Shown one piece after another: positions 45,284-54,933 of a stretch of DNA of 64,000 bases. The position numbers and the translations under genes were made by a program. The stretch lies in the NCBI GenBank assembly GCA_016860985.1, contig BOKM01000001.1:655462-719461 (forward strand), given 5' to 3'. Source of the stretch: Patescibacteria group bacterium. GTDB taxonomy: Bacteria > Patescibacteriota > Dojkabacteria > GCA-002793355. Below the pieces are notes generated by a model. The model did no database searches. It saw nothing but the letters and a program-made list of their open reading frames with translations, and had not been told where the DNA came from. Each line of letters opens with the position of its first letter. Position 1 is the first letter of the stretch.

Positions 45284-46576
45284 ATGTATGTCTGTAACAA
45301 TTGTGGGGCAACCCAAACAAAATGGTTAGGAAAATGCCCTCAATGCGAAGGATGGGGTACATACGAAGAAGCACCAGATCTTCCAAAATCACAAAAAGGA
45401 AAGATGAAGTTTGGTGTTTCAGGTCCGACTTCCTTTGTAAAAGCGGGATCTGTTGAACGTCAGCCGTTACTTCGTTTTGCGACAGGATTTTCGGAAGTTG
45501 ATCGAGTACTTGGCGGTGGAATTGCTCAGGGAACGGTCGCTTTAGTAGGTGGTGACCCAGGTATTGGAAAATCAACTCTTTTGTTGCAGGTACTTGTTAA
45601 TTTTGCCAAAGCCGGAAAAACAGTTGCGTATATTTCCGGTGAAGAATCTGTAGACCAGATATCTGAACGGTTAGAAAGGGTGGTCCCTGAAATCCCAGAG
45701 GGGCTATTTCTCCTTTCTGATCAAGATTTAGGGAATATTATGGATGGACTTGCAGGTCAACAATTTGATGCAATTGTGATCGACTCAATTCACTCCTTGC
45801 AGCATAACGATTTAGAGGGACAATCTGGAGGAATGAGTCAGTTAAAGGCTGTTACTACAGCATTAACGTCGTGGGCAAAAAGAACTCGTACGGTAGTCTT
45901 CTTAATCGCGCAAGTAACAAAAGAAGGATATGTTGCAGGGCCAAAAACTGTTGAACACATTGTTGATGTAGTTGTCTATTTGGAACGTGTTGGCTCAGAA
46001 AATACAAGAATGGTACGCACTTTAAAAAATAGATATGGAGATACAGGAGAAGTTGGGTTCTTAGATATGGGAGTTAAGGGGCTAGGTGATAAAAGTGATT
46101 TTGCAACCATGCTCGTTTCTTCGTTGTCGTCAGATGAGCCTGGTAGCGCACTTGGAATCACATTACAAGGCTCTCGCCCTATGATTGTTCAGATTCAAGC
46201 ACTAGTGAACGATTCTCCCTTTGCCGTACCACGACGAGTAGTGGAGGGTGTGTCAAAAAATAGAGTAGAAGTGCTCGCTGCGGTTATTGCTAAAAAATAC
46301 CCAAGATTGCATCTTGATCACAAAGACATTTTCGTCAAAGTTAACGGCGGTATTACACTCAAAGACTCTGGAACAGACTTGGCGCTTGTGGCTGCAATGA
46401 TTTCCTCTGTTACAGGTAAGCCATGGAAAGAGACGCTTTTTATAGGCGAAGTGGGGTTGTTAGGTGAAGTTAAACCTGGAACTGCCTTTGAGCAAAGATA
46501 TAAAGAGGCAAAGAAGCTTCACTTTAAAACTATACTCGCTCACAAGAGTGTTCAAAACATCTCTTCTATTGCGTAA
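45284..46576 (+). CDS. radA: DNA repair protein RadA/Sms
   Basis: C4 zinc finger CNNCGATQTKWLGKCPQC, Walker A VGGDPGIGKST, KNRYG motif, and Lon-protease-like C-terminal domain. Confidence 0.9.
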   Translation: MYVCNNCGATQTKWLGKCPQCEGWGTYEEAPDLPKSQKGKMKFGVSGPTSFVKAGSVERQPLLRFATGFSEVDRVLGGGIAQGTVALVGGDPGIGKSTLLLQVLVNFAKAGKTVAYISGEESVDQISERLERVVPEIPEGLFLLSDQDLGNIMDGLAGQQFDAIVIDSIHSLQHNDLEGQSGGMSQLKAVTTALTSWAKRTRTVVFLIAQVTKEGYVAGPKTVEHIVDVVVYLERVGSENTRMVRTLKNRYGDTGEVGFLDMGVKGLGDKSDFATMLVSSLSSDEPGSALGITLQGSRPMIVQIQALVNDSPFAVPRRVVEGVSKNRVEVLAAVIAKKYPRLHLDHKDIFVKVNGGITLKDSGTDLALVAAMISSVTGKPWKETLFIGEVGLLGEVKPGTAFEQRYKEAKKLHFKTILAHKSVQNISSIA

Positions 46577-46731
46577 TCGCTCGCCAATTCGGCCGCAACC
46601 ACTGTGTCGTTCTATAAAATTTCTATCTCCACGAGAGCCGCCTCTTGTTGCTCGCGCGAGTTCCATTGTTTGGCGCTCTGCCTGTATTTCTTGGTGTTTA
46701 AAAAGACTATTGACATCAAGGATATTTGCTA

Positions 46732-46760
46732 TTGACATTCACCCCGCCAGAGTGTACAAT
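46732..46760 (+). promoter_or_regulatory. Consensus sigma70 promoter (TTGACA, 17-nt spacer, TACAAT) driving a short structured transcript upstream of rho
   Basis: TTGACA at 46732-46737, exactly 17 nt, TACAAT at 46755-46760. A second TTGACA at 46710 has no partner -10 element. Confidence 0.65.
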
Positions 46761-46766
46761 TCTATT

Positions 46767-46910
46767 ACAAGGTATCTTTATCCCTTGGTTCGGAAGTTCT
46801 GAGCCAAAGGATTAGGAGATCTTGATCGCACTCCTCGAAACACTCGAGAAAAGCCCGTAATGCGGTTTTTTCTCGGGATCGGTTTGGGGCAGTGCCGATC
46901 CCCTTTTTTC
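46767..46910 (+). ncRNA. Candidate ~145-nt small RNA or rho-leader attenuator: promoter, several hairpins, then tandem intrinsic terminators
   Basis: Hairpins CCTTGG..CCAAAGG, AGGAG..CTCCT and CTCGA..TCGAG. A weak hairpin CCG-taatg-CGG plus six Ts at 46855-46871, then a strong hairpin GGGATCGG/CCGATCCC plus six Ts at 46875-46909. No ORF of convincing length. GC higher than the flanks. Confidence 0.45.
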
Positions 46911-46943
46911 TTTTCTCTTCTCAATATTTCCATCTCACTGATT

Positions 46944-46974
46944 TGAAAATTTGTTGCAGAAAAAGAATGACATT
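46944..46974 (+). promoter_or_regulatory. Putative rho promoter with extended -10
   Basis: TTGCAG at 46944-46949, 19-nt spacer, TGtTATAAT at 46966-46974. ~73 nt upstream of the rho ATG at 47048. Confidence 0.45.
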
Positions 46975-47047
46975 GTGTTATAATTAATGATAAATAATCC
47001 TCTCGCATGAATTACTCGCAGAGATCTTAAGATAATCATCTTTTTTT

Positions 47048-48310
47048 ATGTTAACAGTACAAAAACTTCAGGAAGAAACCCTTGTTGCACTCAAAAAAAT
47101 GGCAGCAGAATACGAAGTTAAAGAATTAGAAAAATTTACCGCAAAAGAGAAGGACAAATTGATATACGAAATCCTCAAAGCTTCTTCAATTAAAGGCGGA
47201 TTTGAGTACTCCTCAGGTATTCTAGAAGTTGTAAACAATGGTTCACACGGTTTTGTTCGTGTTGAGGGCGTGTTGCCAAGTAACCGTGATATATATGTGT
47301 CGGGTACACAAATTCAAAAGTTTGGTCTGAGAACTGGCGATATTCTCGAAGGTGTTGTAAGACCATTAAAAGATGGTGAGAAATACCGAAACATGCTCAA
47401 AGTTGACTATGTCGGTGGAATGGGCGCAGCAGAAAATATGAAGCGCCTTCCCTTTGAAAAACGAACAGTAATTTTCCCAAACAAACAGTTGCATTTAGAA
47501 ACAACACCTGAAATCCTTTCGACCAGAATTATTGACCTTCTTGCCCCTATTGGTTATGGTCAGCGATCTATGGTCGTATCCCAGCCAAAATCAGGTAAAA
47601 CTACAATACTAAAGGAAATAGCAAATGGTATTTCAGCAAATCACCCAGATGTTCAGATTATCGTTGTGCTTGTTGGTGAACGTCCAGAAGAAGTAACTGA
47701 TATGCAACGTTCCGTACAAGGTGAGGTCTATGCCTCAAATTTCGATGAGCATCCACAAAATAACGTCGCTGTTGCTGAAATGGCATTAGAACGAGCAAAG
47801 CGGTTGGTTGAATGGAATAAAGATGTGGTTATATTAATGGACAGTATTACACGTCTTGCACGTGCGTATAACTTGGTAATTCCGAGCTCGGGAAGAACTC
47901 TGTCAGGAGGTTTTGACCCTGCTGCTTTGTATCCTCCAAAAAGATTCTTTGGGGCAGCTCGAAACTTTGAAGAAGGTGGAAGCTTAACAATTATTGCAAC
48001 AGCACTTGTTAACACAGGTAGTAAGATGGACGATTTGATTTACGAAGAATTCAAGGGTACCGGTAACATGGAACTACACTTGGATAGAAGTCTTGGTGAA
48101 AAGCGAATCTTCCCTGCAATCGATGTTATTCGTTCTGGAACTCGAAGAGAAGACTTATTGCTCGGCCAGGAAAAATTACAACTCTCATGGCTGATTCGCC
48201 GAATGCTTGACAATATCGATAAGAATGGCGAAAACGCCTCCGAAGTGCTTATCGAGCGAATGAAGACCAGTAAAAGTAACAGCGACTTTCTTAAGAATTT
48301 GAGGGAGTAG
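47048..48310 (+). CDS. rho: Transcription termination factor Rho
   Basis: N-terminal OB/CSD-like RNA-binding domain (GFVRVEG..RFGLRTGDILEG). RecA-like Walker A GQRSMVVSQPKSGKTTIL, Q and R loops. Confidence 0.9.
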   Translation: MLTVQKLQEETLVALKKMAAEYEVKELEKFTAKEKDKLIYEILKASSIKGGFEYSSGILEVVNNGSHGFVRVEGVLPSNRDIYVSGTQIQKFGLRTGDILEGVVRPLKDGEKYRNMLKVDYVGGMGAAENMKRLPFEKRTVIFPNKQLHLETTPEILSTRIIDLLAPIGYGQRSMVVSQPKSGKTTILKEIANGISANHPDVQIIVVLVGERPEEVTDMQRSVQGEVYASNFDEHPQNNVAVAEMALERAKRLVEWNKDVVILMDSITRLARAYNLVIPSSGRTLSGGFDPAALYPPKRFFGAARNFEEGGSLTIIATALVNTGSKMDDLIYEEFKGTGNMELHLDRSLGEKRIFPAIDVIRSGTRREDLLLGQEKLQLSWLIRRMLDNIDKNGENASEVLIERMKTSKSNSDFLKNLRE

Positions 48311-48391
48311 CGTCACTTTCTCTTTATTGGCAGGTAAAAACAGTTGGATAGTGATTGTCGAAGAATCCTCTTTCTTCTGATATACTGTCTC

Positions 48392-49894
48392 ATGGTTTAT
48401 CTGCGCCCCAAGAAACTAGACATTTTAGGTGACAAGTCTGCCCTAGAAGTGTATTTAAATCGCTTTACTGCCGACCAATACGGTGTAAAAGAAGGTGATT
48501 TATTAGATTTATATTTCGTTGGTCATGAAACTGGTGCAACAGCACTTATTACCGACACAATCGTCGATGACGGCCACATAGGTCTTCCTGCAGCGATTTG
48601 GAATGCCTTTCCTGTTTCTGAACTCGATAGAGTAGCGATTGAAATACAAGGTCAAGCACAATCGGTAAAATTCATCAGAAAAAAAATTAAGGGCGAAAAG
48701 CTCAACTACGATGAGATACGTGAAATCATGTACGACATCGCAAAGCGAAGGCTTTCTCCGATTGAAATGACTTATTTTGCTTCGACTTCGTATAACCCTG
48801 GGTTTGATGACGAAGAAATGTACAATCTGACCAAAGCAATGGCAGACACAGGAATTACCCTCGATTTTTCTCATAAAAAGGGGCTTGTAGTTGATAAGCA
48901 TTCTATTGGCGGGCTACCGTCTAAAGGCGTTACTCCTGTTATTGTTTCGCTGCTTTCTTCACTCGGCTATATTATTCCAAACACCAGTACTCGTGCGATT
49001 ACCGCTCCGGCTGGTACTACCGACGTGTTGGAAACTATGATGCCCGTTGCGCTTTCAGAGGAGGAGATAAAACGTGTGGTTGATGAAACTAACGGTTGTT
49101 TGGTATGGGGTGGCGGACTTGATCTTGCTCCTGCAGATGATATTTTGATTCAGATCGAAAAACCATTACACATTGAGTCTTATGACAAATTCGTGGTGAG
49201 TATCATTGCAAAAAAACTGGCCGCCGGATGTAAATACGTGTTACTTGATCTCCCTTATGGTGATACTGCAAAGGTTCCTGACAGTGATGTTCCAAAAGTC
49301 GCGCGTGCATTTGAAACGCTATTCGAAAAATTTGGAATTAAGGTGTTTGTGTATAAACGAAAAGCAAAGGGTCCAGATGGAAATGGAATTGGTCCAATTC
49401 TTGAGGCTCGTGATGTGTTATGGATTTTAGAAAGAGACAAGCGAAGACCAATTGGAATGGAAAATCTTGCACTTGATATGGCCGCACAGCTTATTGCCTT
49501 GACTGGAAAATACACGTACCAAGGTGCACACGAAGTTCTACGCGAAACACTCGAGGGCGGAGAAGCATACAAACAATTCTGGAAAATCGGAAAAGCACAG
49601 GGTGCGACAAAAATTGTAAAAGCGGATGAACTGCTTCCAGGTCAGTATATGTACGAAATCAAATCAACCAAAGCGGGTTTGATAAAAACTTTCGATAACC
49701 ACGCAATTGTTCAGGTGACACGTGCACTTGGAGCTCCCTACGCAAAAGGTGCAGGAATCTATCTTCATCGACAAGTCGGAGATAGGGTAGCGGTTGGAGA
49801 AACAGTTGCGACTTTATATGCAGAAGCACAAAGTCGCATTGATTTAGCAATCAAAAATCTTGACGGAACTCAAGATAGTTGGATATTAGTCTAG
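48392..49894 (+). CDS. AMP phosphorylase / thymidine phosphorylase-family enzyme (archaeal DeoA type, ~500 aa)
   Basis: Pyrimidine-nucleoside phosphorylase family core DKHSIGGLPSKGVTPVIVSLLSSLG (compare HSTGGVGDK). Has the N-terminal extension typical of AMP phosphorylases. ATG at 48392 chosen over the track start at 48344. Confidence 0.7.
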   Translation: MVYLRPKKLDILGDKSALEVYLNRFTADQYGVKEGDLLDLYFVGHETGATALITDTIVDDGHIGLPAAIWNAFPVSELDRVAIEIQGQAQSVKFIRKKIKGEKLNYDEIREIMYDIAKRRLSPIEMTYFASTSYNPGFDDEEMYNLTKAMADTGITLDFSHKKGLVVDKHSIGGLPSKGVTPVIVSLLSSLGYIIPNTSTRAITAPAGTTDVLETMMPVALSEEEIKRVVDETNGCLVWGGGLDLAPADDILIQIEKPLHIESYDKFVVSIIAKKLAAGCKYVLLDLPYGDTAKVPDSDVPKVARAFETLFEKFGIKVFVYKRKAKGPDGNGIGPILEARDVLWILERDKRRPIGMENLALDMAAQLIALTGKYTYQGAHEVLRETLEGGEAYKQFWKIGKAQGATKIVKADELLPGQYMYEIKSTKAGLIKTFDNHAIVQVTRALGAPYAKGAGIYLHRQVGDRVAVGETVATLYAEAQSRIDLAIKNLDGTQDSWILV

Positions 49895-49930
49895 TTTGAG
49901 CGAGCTAATTTATTGAAAAAGGTAGGCGTC

Positions 49931-51343
49931 ATGAAAGTAAAGTTCATTGGAGCAACAGGAGGAATTGTGACTGGGTCTTCGTATTTACTGGAGTTCCCCA
50001 AATCAACATTCCTTGTTGACTGTGGTATGTATCAAGGAGAGGAAAATGTTGAAAGGTTAAACTTTGAGCCGTTTCCATTTGATCCGGCACGTTTGGATTA
50101 TGTGCTTTTAACGCATGCCCATCTTGATCACGTCGGGTTACTTCCAAAACTTGTAAAGCACGGCTTTACCGGAAAAATTATCTGTACCGATGCTACTAAG
50201 AGTTTGGCCGAAATTATTATGATGGATGCCGCAAAGATTCAAGAAGAAGACGCTTACTACAGAAATAACGACCGTTCAAACAACGTTCAAGAAGAAGGAA
50301 GCTATTCTAAAGGTGAACCCTTGTACACTCGCGATGATATTGCTGCAGTAATGGCAGCATTTGAAACCTACCCAATTGGAGAGCAGGTAAAACTTGGTCC
50401 TGACATGTCGTTTCGTATGCGCGAAGCAGGACATATTTTAGGTTCTGTCACTTTTGAAATGTGGTACACAAACTCTCAAGGTAGAGAGCGAAAACTCGTT
50501 ATGTCTGGAGATCTTGGTCAAACTGGAGCACGTATTATCAAAGACCCAGACTTTATCCGAGAGGCCGATTATGTGATTATGGAGAGTACGTATGGTGGTC
50601 GAAATCACCGAGACAAAAACTCCACGTTACTCGAATTACTGTCCATATTGCAAGAGGCATCAAAACAGAAGGCACGAGTTATTATTCCAACCTTTGCGGT
50701 AGAAAGAGCACAAGAGCTATTGTACGAAATGAACTTGTTTGTCGAACGAAAACTGCTCAAAGGGCTGAAGTTTTACGTCGATAGCCCACTAGCAATTAAA
50801 GCTACGGAGATTTTTAGGGCTTACAAACGATATTACGACGAAGATGCTATGGCCTTGGTCCATTCGGGTGATGATCCGTTCTCGTTCAGAGGTTTGGAAT
50901 ACACCGAAAGCGTGCATGATTCGAGACGAATTGCGGGAGAGCGAGGTGCCGTTATCATGGCAGGGAGCGGTATGTGTACTGGTGGCCGAGTATTGCATCA
51001 TTTGATGAATACCTTACCTCACAAAGACGCGCATATCTTATTCGTAGGTTTCCAAGTTCCAGGTACACTCGGAAGAAAATTGGTCGATGGTGCAAAAATG
51101 GTCCGTATTCACGGAGTCGAAGTGCCCGTCCAAGCTCAAATTCACACATTAAATGGATTTTCTGCCCACGCTGATCAACACGATTTGTTGTATTGGTTGC
51201 GTAGTTTTGGACATTCTCCAAAAGAAGTCTTTATTACCCATGGTGACCAAACAAACAGAACTGTTTTCGCAGAGTTGGTACGAAACGAACTACAGTTAAA
51301 TGCGGTTATCCCTGAGCCAGGGCAAGAATACGAGTTAGACTAG
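49931..51343 (+). CDS. Beta-CASP family MBL-fold ribonuclease (RNase J/CPSF-like)
   Basis: HxHxDH motif LLTHAHLDHVGLLP, beta-CASP region and C-terminal His motif. ATG at 49931 follows AAAAAGGTAGG; the track start at 49913 is a TTG. Confidence 0.7.
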   Translation: MKVKFIGATGGIVTGSSYLLEFPKSTFLVDCGMYQGEENVERLNFEPFPFDPARLDYVLLTHAHLDHVGLLPKLVKHGFTGKIICTDATKSLAEIIMMDAAKIQEEDAYYRNNDRSNNVQEEGSYSKGEPLYTRDDIAAVMAAFETYPIGEQVKLGPDMSFRMREAGHILGSVTFEMWYTNSQGRERKLVMSGDLGQTGARIIKDPDFIREADYVIMESTYGGRNHRDKNSTLLELLSILQEASKQKARVIIPTFAVERAQELLYEMNLFVERKLLKGLKFYVDSPLAIKATEIFRAYKRYYDEDAMALVHSGDDPFSFRGLEYTESVHDSRRIAGERGAVIMAGSGMCTGGRVLHHLMNTLPHKDAHILFVGFQVPGTLGRKLVDGAKMVRIHGVEVPVQAQIHTLNGFSAHADQHDLLYWLRSFGHSPKEVFITHGDQTNRTVFAELVRNELQLNAVIPEPGQEYELD

Positions 51344-51435
51344 TTTTTCCGGAAAATAAGGGGCAAAAATGGTATAATACACCAAGCCCGAGTTCGTCAG
51401 GTTCGTAAAATGGGCATAAATTTGTTAATGAAACC

Positions 51436-52758
51436 TTGGGAGAAGAACGCCTTATAGGGACGGATGTCAACGCTCTCTTACAAGCAAAAAAGCAGAGTCG
51501 TTTGTTTTCAAAGAATCAGAAACTTGATGAAGTTGGTGTTGGTTTATTTTTTGCACAACTTTTTGGTTGGGCATTATCAAAGTTTTTCAGTGTAATATCC
51601 TTCTTTTTAGGGCTTATTTTAGGTATTGAAAAGGCTCTCATTAATCTGCGAATCGACACTTTGCAACTCTTTTATTGGGGCAGAGGCAATGTTTTTGCAC
51701 TTTTTTTTCAAGCCATTGGTTTCTTTGTTCTACTTGCTGTTGGCTTTTCTTTTGCAGTTAGCCGCGGTATTCAGAATCGTATTATCAGTCAGTATAGCCC
51801 ACCTGAACAAACGGTAGTGTATGCGTCGTCGTCCGATACCGTTGTAGAGTCTGGCTCACTTATTACCAGTATGCCGAAAGAATTAAAGCGTATCGAAACA
51901 ATCGAATATGTGGTCTCTTACGATGATACGTTAGGCGGAAAGGCACTCGACAACATTGCGCTTGACTTTGAAATAACCGCAGACAGTATTCGTTGGGCAA
52001 ACAACTTTTCAAAAACCTATCAGCCAAAGCCTGGAACAAAAATCAGAATTCCACCAGTTTCGGGGAGTCAGTACACCGTGCAATCAGGTGACTCGGTAAG
52101 TAGTATCGCTTCTCGTTTTAAAATGGATAAGCTAACGCTGGTTGAAGTTAATTATCTTGCAGGTGAAAACGCAAAACTTAAAACTGGGCAGGTACTATTT
52201 CTCCCTGGAGTTGCGCCTCAGACACCAACACCTGTTGTTAAAAAGAAAACTGGAACAAAAAGCTATTTGTTGTATGGTTCTTCTGGTGGAAGCTTTACGG
52301 CTCCTAAAGGTCCAAAATTCCTTAAATGGCCTGTGAGCTCTAACAGTGTGTCTCGTTGTTATTCTGGGTATCATGATGGTATTGATATTATTCCGCTTGG
52401 ATCAGGGTCATCAAATCCAAATGTGAATGCAGCTGCAACAGGTAAAGTCACCTATGCCGGTTTACACTGTTCGCCGGGGTGGTGGGGTACTCCATGTGGT
52501 GGTTATGCATATGTTGTTGAAATTGATCACCAAAATGGCTTCTCAACGGTATATGGACACTTAGCAGCAAACTCAATTGTAGTTGGTGTTGGTGATGTAG
52601 TCGTCCAAGGTCAAAAGCTTGCAAAAATGGGTAACACAGGTACCTCAACTGGCACACATCTTCATTTCCAAGTAAATCATGGTGGCTTTCTTGGTAAATC
52701 AGGGTTACGAGCGGTTAATCCTGCCTCTTACCTTGTAGACGCAAAAGCTTGTAGATAG
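51436..52758 (+). CDS. Membrane-anchored LysM + M23-family peptidoglycan endopeptidase
   Basis: N-terminal hydrophobic helices, LysM motif YTVQSGDSVSSIASRF, and M23 motifs HDGIDI and GNTGTSTGTHLHFQV. There is no in-frame ATG before the TM region, so a TTG start (51436 or 51499) is assumed. Extended -10 TGgTATAAT at 51369-51377. Confidence 0.7.
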   Translation: MGEERLIGTDVNALLQAKKQSRLFSKNQKLDEVGVGLFFAQLFGWALSKFFSVISFFLGLILGIEKALINLRIDTLQLFYWGRGNVFALFFQAIGFFVLLAVGFSFAVSRGIQNRIISQYSPPEQTVVYASSSDTVVESGSLITSMPKELKRIETIEYVVSYDDTLGGKALDNIALDFEITADSIRWANNFSKTYQPKPGTKIRIPPVSGSQYTVQSGDSVSSIASRFKMDKLTLVEVNYLAGENAKLKTGQVLFLPGVAPQTPTPVVKKKTGTKSYLLYGSSGGSFTAPKGPKFLKWPVSSNSVSRCYSGYHDGIDIIPLGSGSSNPNVNAAATGKVTYAGLHCSPGWWGTPCGGYAYVVEIDHQNGFSTVYGHLAANSIVVGVGDVVVQGQKLAKMGNTGTSTGTHLHFQVNHGGFLGKSGLRAVNPASYLVDAKACR

Positions 52759-52815
52759 TAACAATCGGTAGCAAAAAATAAACATCGGTCACAAAGTGAA
52801 AAGCGAAAGTTGTGT

Positions 52816-53877
52816 TTAACTCTTGAGTAACTTCTTTGCAAGGTAATAGGGATATCCCCAAAGTTTTCTTGTTTTTTCCATCATCCAGATGAACCAGTAC
52901 GTGGAGGTGAGTGGATAATCGTAAGCACCAACATACTCAACAACCTGTCCGCCAAATCCCTTCTTGAATTCGGTAAGACCAGCCCATGGATCGCTAGGGT
53001 CGTTATCTCGTTTTGCAATGCCGTAAAGATTCAGATATTTGAGTCCTTTCGCTTTTGCATGTTGCATAATATTCCAAACCTGAACTTTTGAGGCGTGCTT
53101 GGCTAGAGGGTCAGTAGAGTAGGCACGTCCGGTGTGAAGGTAATAGGCAGTTGTTTTATCATAAGCGACCAAAGAGGCAGTTTGTGGAACACCATTTACC
53201 GAAGCGATTACTATTTCATATTTTCCAGAGTCTTTAAGGGTGGCAAGTTGTGAGTAGTAATAGCGTTTAGAATATGAGACAAAATGCTTAAGACTTACGG
53301 TGTTCTGGTACATTTTCCAGAAAATTGCAAAGTCTTCATCTGACGTACTGTATCTAACGGTTACGCCGTCTTTCATTCCTTTCTTTACCCCATTTCGCTG
53401 GGAGGGGCTCATGCCGAGCATAATATCTTCTTCGGAGGGGGTAAGGTCAACAAGAATAGTTCTTTCGGGCTGCACGTACGTTGGAGCTTTCTTGAGTCCT
53501 GTAAGTAATAATTCTTCGTGAACAGACTCTGAAGTATGGAGCAGTGGATCAAAACGAATAAAGTGAACGGGGTACTGTGCTGCCAGTTTTTCTATATGCG
53601 GTAACAACGTTTCAATAATAGTTGCAACAGATAAATCGGGGCGTTTCGATATAAGAAAAGGCCCGTTCGAAATGTAAAAATGAGAGCGCAAACGTGATTT
53701 TACAAGAATAATTGAGGCTCCTCCGACAAAGGTTTCTCGATCAAAAACACCTAGCCTCCAAATTTTATGCCCAATCTTCTGCTGAAATTCACCCCATCCC
53801 CAAGATTGAAGTAAGACATTTCCTGCGAGGGAATCCCATGTTTCTTGGCTGGTTACTTCCTGAACTCTATACATCAA
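52816..53877 (-). CDS. FemAB-family aminoacyltransferase, paralog 2
   Basis: QSWGWGEFQ (compare FemX DLGWAKVK), YISNGPF, IRFDPLL. Length 353 aa. Confidence 0.75.
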   Translation of the reverse strand: MMYRVQEVTSQETWDSLAGNVLLQSWGWGEFQQKIGHKIWRLGVFDRETFVGGASIILVKSRLRSHFYISNGPFLISKRPDLSVATIIETLLPHIEKLAAQYPVHFIRFDPLLHTSESVHEELLLTGLKKAPTYVQPERTILVDLTPSEEDIMLGMSPSQRNGVKKGMKDGVTVRYSTSDEDFAIFWKMYQNTVSLKHFVSYSKRYYYSQLATLKDSGKYEIVIASVNGVPQTASLVAYDKTTAYYLHTGRAYSTDPLAKHASKVQVWNIMQHAKAKGLKYLNLYGIAKRDNDPSDPWAGLTEFKKGFGGQVVEYVGAYDYPLTSTYWFIWMMEKTRKLWGYPYYLAKKLLKS

Positions 53878-53988
53878 GGGATTCTAACATCATCGGTCAC
53901 CGAATGCCACCTGTACATAGTTTTAACAGTTTGCGAAAACCGAAAAAATCCTTATAATGAAAAAGTAAATAAAGTCTACAACACTGCC

Positions 53989-54933
53989 ATGTCCGACACT
54001 GTCCCACAGGTCATCCAACAAACGATTGATGATATTATTGCAATCAAAATTCAAGGTGCAACCAACGTCGCTTTGGCAACTTTTATCACAATAGGGGAGT
54101 GGGCAAAAGAAACAGATATCACTGATTACGAAGAATTTAAAGACAAACTTGGCCAATATCTGACCATGATGGCAAATGCTCGCCCCAACGAACCTCTTGC
54201 AAAAAATGGCGTTCGATATGTACAAAACAAGTTGATTTTAGAATACCAAGGTGTCAAAGACACAAAAAGCGCGGCAAAAGCAGTTGTTGAACTTGCAAAT
54301 AGCTACGTCAAACTACTCGAGGATTCAAAACAGAAAATTGTGACCCACGGTGTTGAGCTGTGTAAACATGCAGATGTTGTTTTTACTCACTGCCATTCCA
54401 GTACTGCAGAGGCAATTATTGCAGGCATTAATAGCGATCATAAAGTTAAGGCAATTAACACTGAAACCCGACCGCTGTACCAAGGAAGAATTACCTCAAA
54501 AAATCTACTAAAAGCTGGTGTAGAAACGATAATGGTTGTAGATTCTGCGGCACCGTACTTTATTAAAGACGATAGTTTTCTTCCAGTAGATGTGGTGTTT
54601 CTTGGTGCTGATCAAGTATCCGTAAATGGTGACGCACTAAACAAAGTTGGAAGCTTTAGCATGGGGCTCTCGGCGTATTTTGCAAGCAAGCCACTTTATG
54701 TCGTAACACCAAGCTTAAAACTCGACTTATCAACCATCTATAATCCAATCAAAATTGAACTCCGAAAAGACGAAGAAGTATGGGCAGATGCCCCCGAAGG
54801 ACTCGATATTATTAACCCTGCTTTTGATATGGTCCCTCATCAATTTATCACTGGGTACATAACCGAATTCGGATTGGTAAAACCAGAAGAATTAGAAGAC
54901 AGAGTACGAAGAGAATACGAGTGGGTAAGCTAG
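53989..54933 (+). CDS. eIF-2B alpha/beta/delta-family isomerase, likely ribose-1,5-bisphosphate isomerase (e2b2)
   Basis: IF-2B family blocks VVFTHCHSSTAE, ETRPLYQGRITSKNLLKAGVETIMVVDSAAPYF and VVFLGADQVSVNGDALNKVGSF. ATG at 53989 with a TATAAT at 53953; the track start at 53845 overlaps the FemAB gene and is rejected. Confidence 0.7.
   Translation: MSDTVPQVIQQTIDDIIAIKIQGATNVALATFITIGEWAKETDITDYEEFKDKLGQYLTMMANARPNEPLAKNGVRYVQNKLILEYQGVKDTKSAAKAVVELANSYVKLLEDSKQKIVTHGVELCKHADVVFTHCHSSTAEAIIAGINSDHKVKAINTETRPLYQGRITSKNLLKAGVETIMVVDSAAPYFIKDDSFLPVDVVFLGADQVSVNGDALNKVGSFSMGLSAYFASKPLYVVTPSLKLDLSTIYNPIKIELRKDEEVWADAPEGLDIINPAFDMVPHQFITGYITEFGLVKPEELEDRVRREYEWVS

Noticed and set aside
46460-46802. 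92-aa (minus) and 112-aa (plus) ORFs spanning the radA-rho intergenic region
   Set aside because: They overlap the promoter-hairpin-terminator unit and the radA 3' end. The Arg/Ser/Cys-rich composition is typical of GC-rich noncoding DNA read as protein, so it is better explained as structured RNA.
46771-46830. Resemblance of GGAAG-5nt-AGCCAAAGG to the SRP RNA domain IV core (GGAAGGAAGCAGCCAAGG in E. coli)
   Set aside because: It lacks the AGCAG element, and the transcript ends are not paired into the single long hairpin expected for 4.5S RNA. It is kept only as one hypothesis to test under the candidate sRNA finding.
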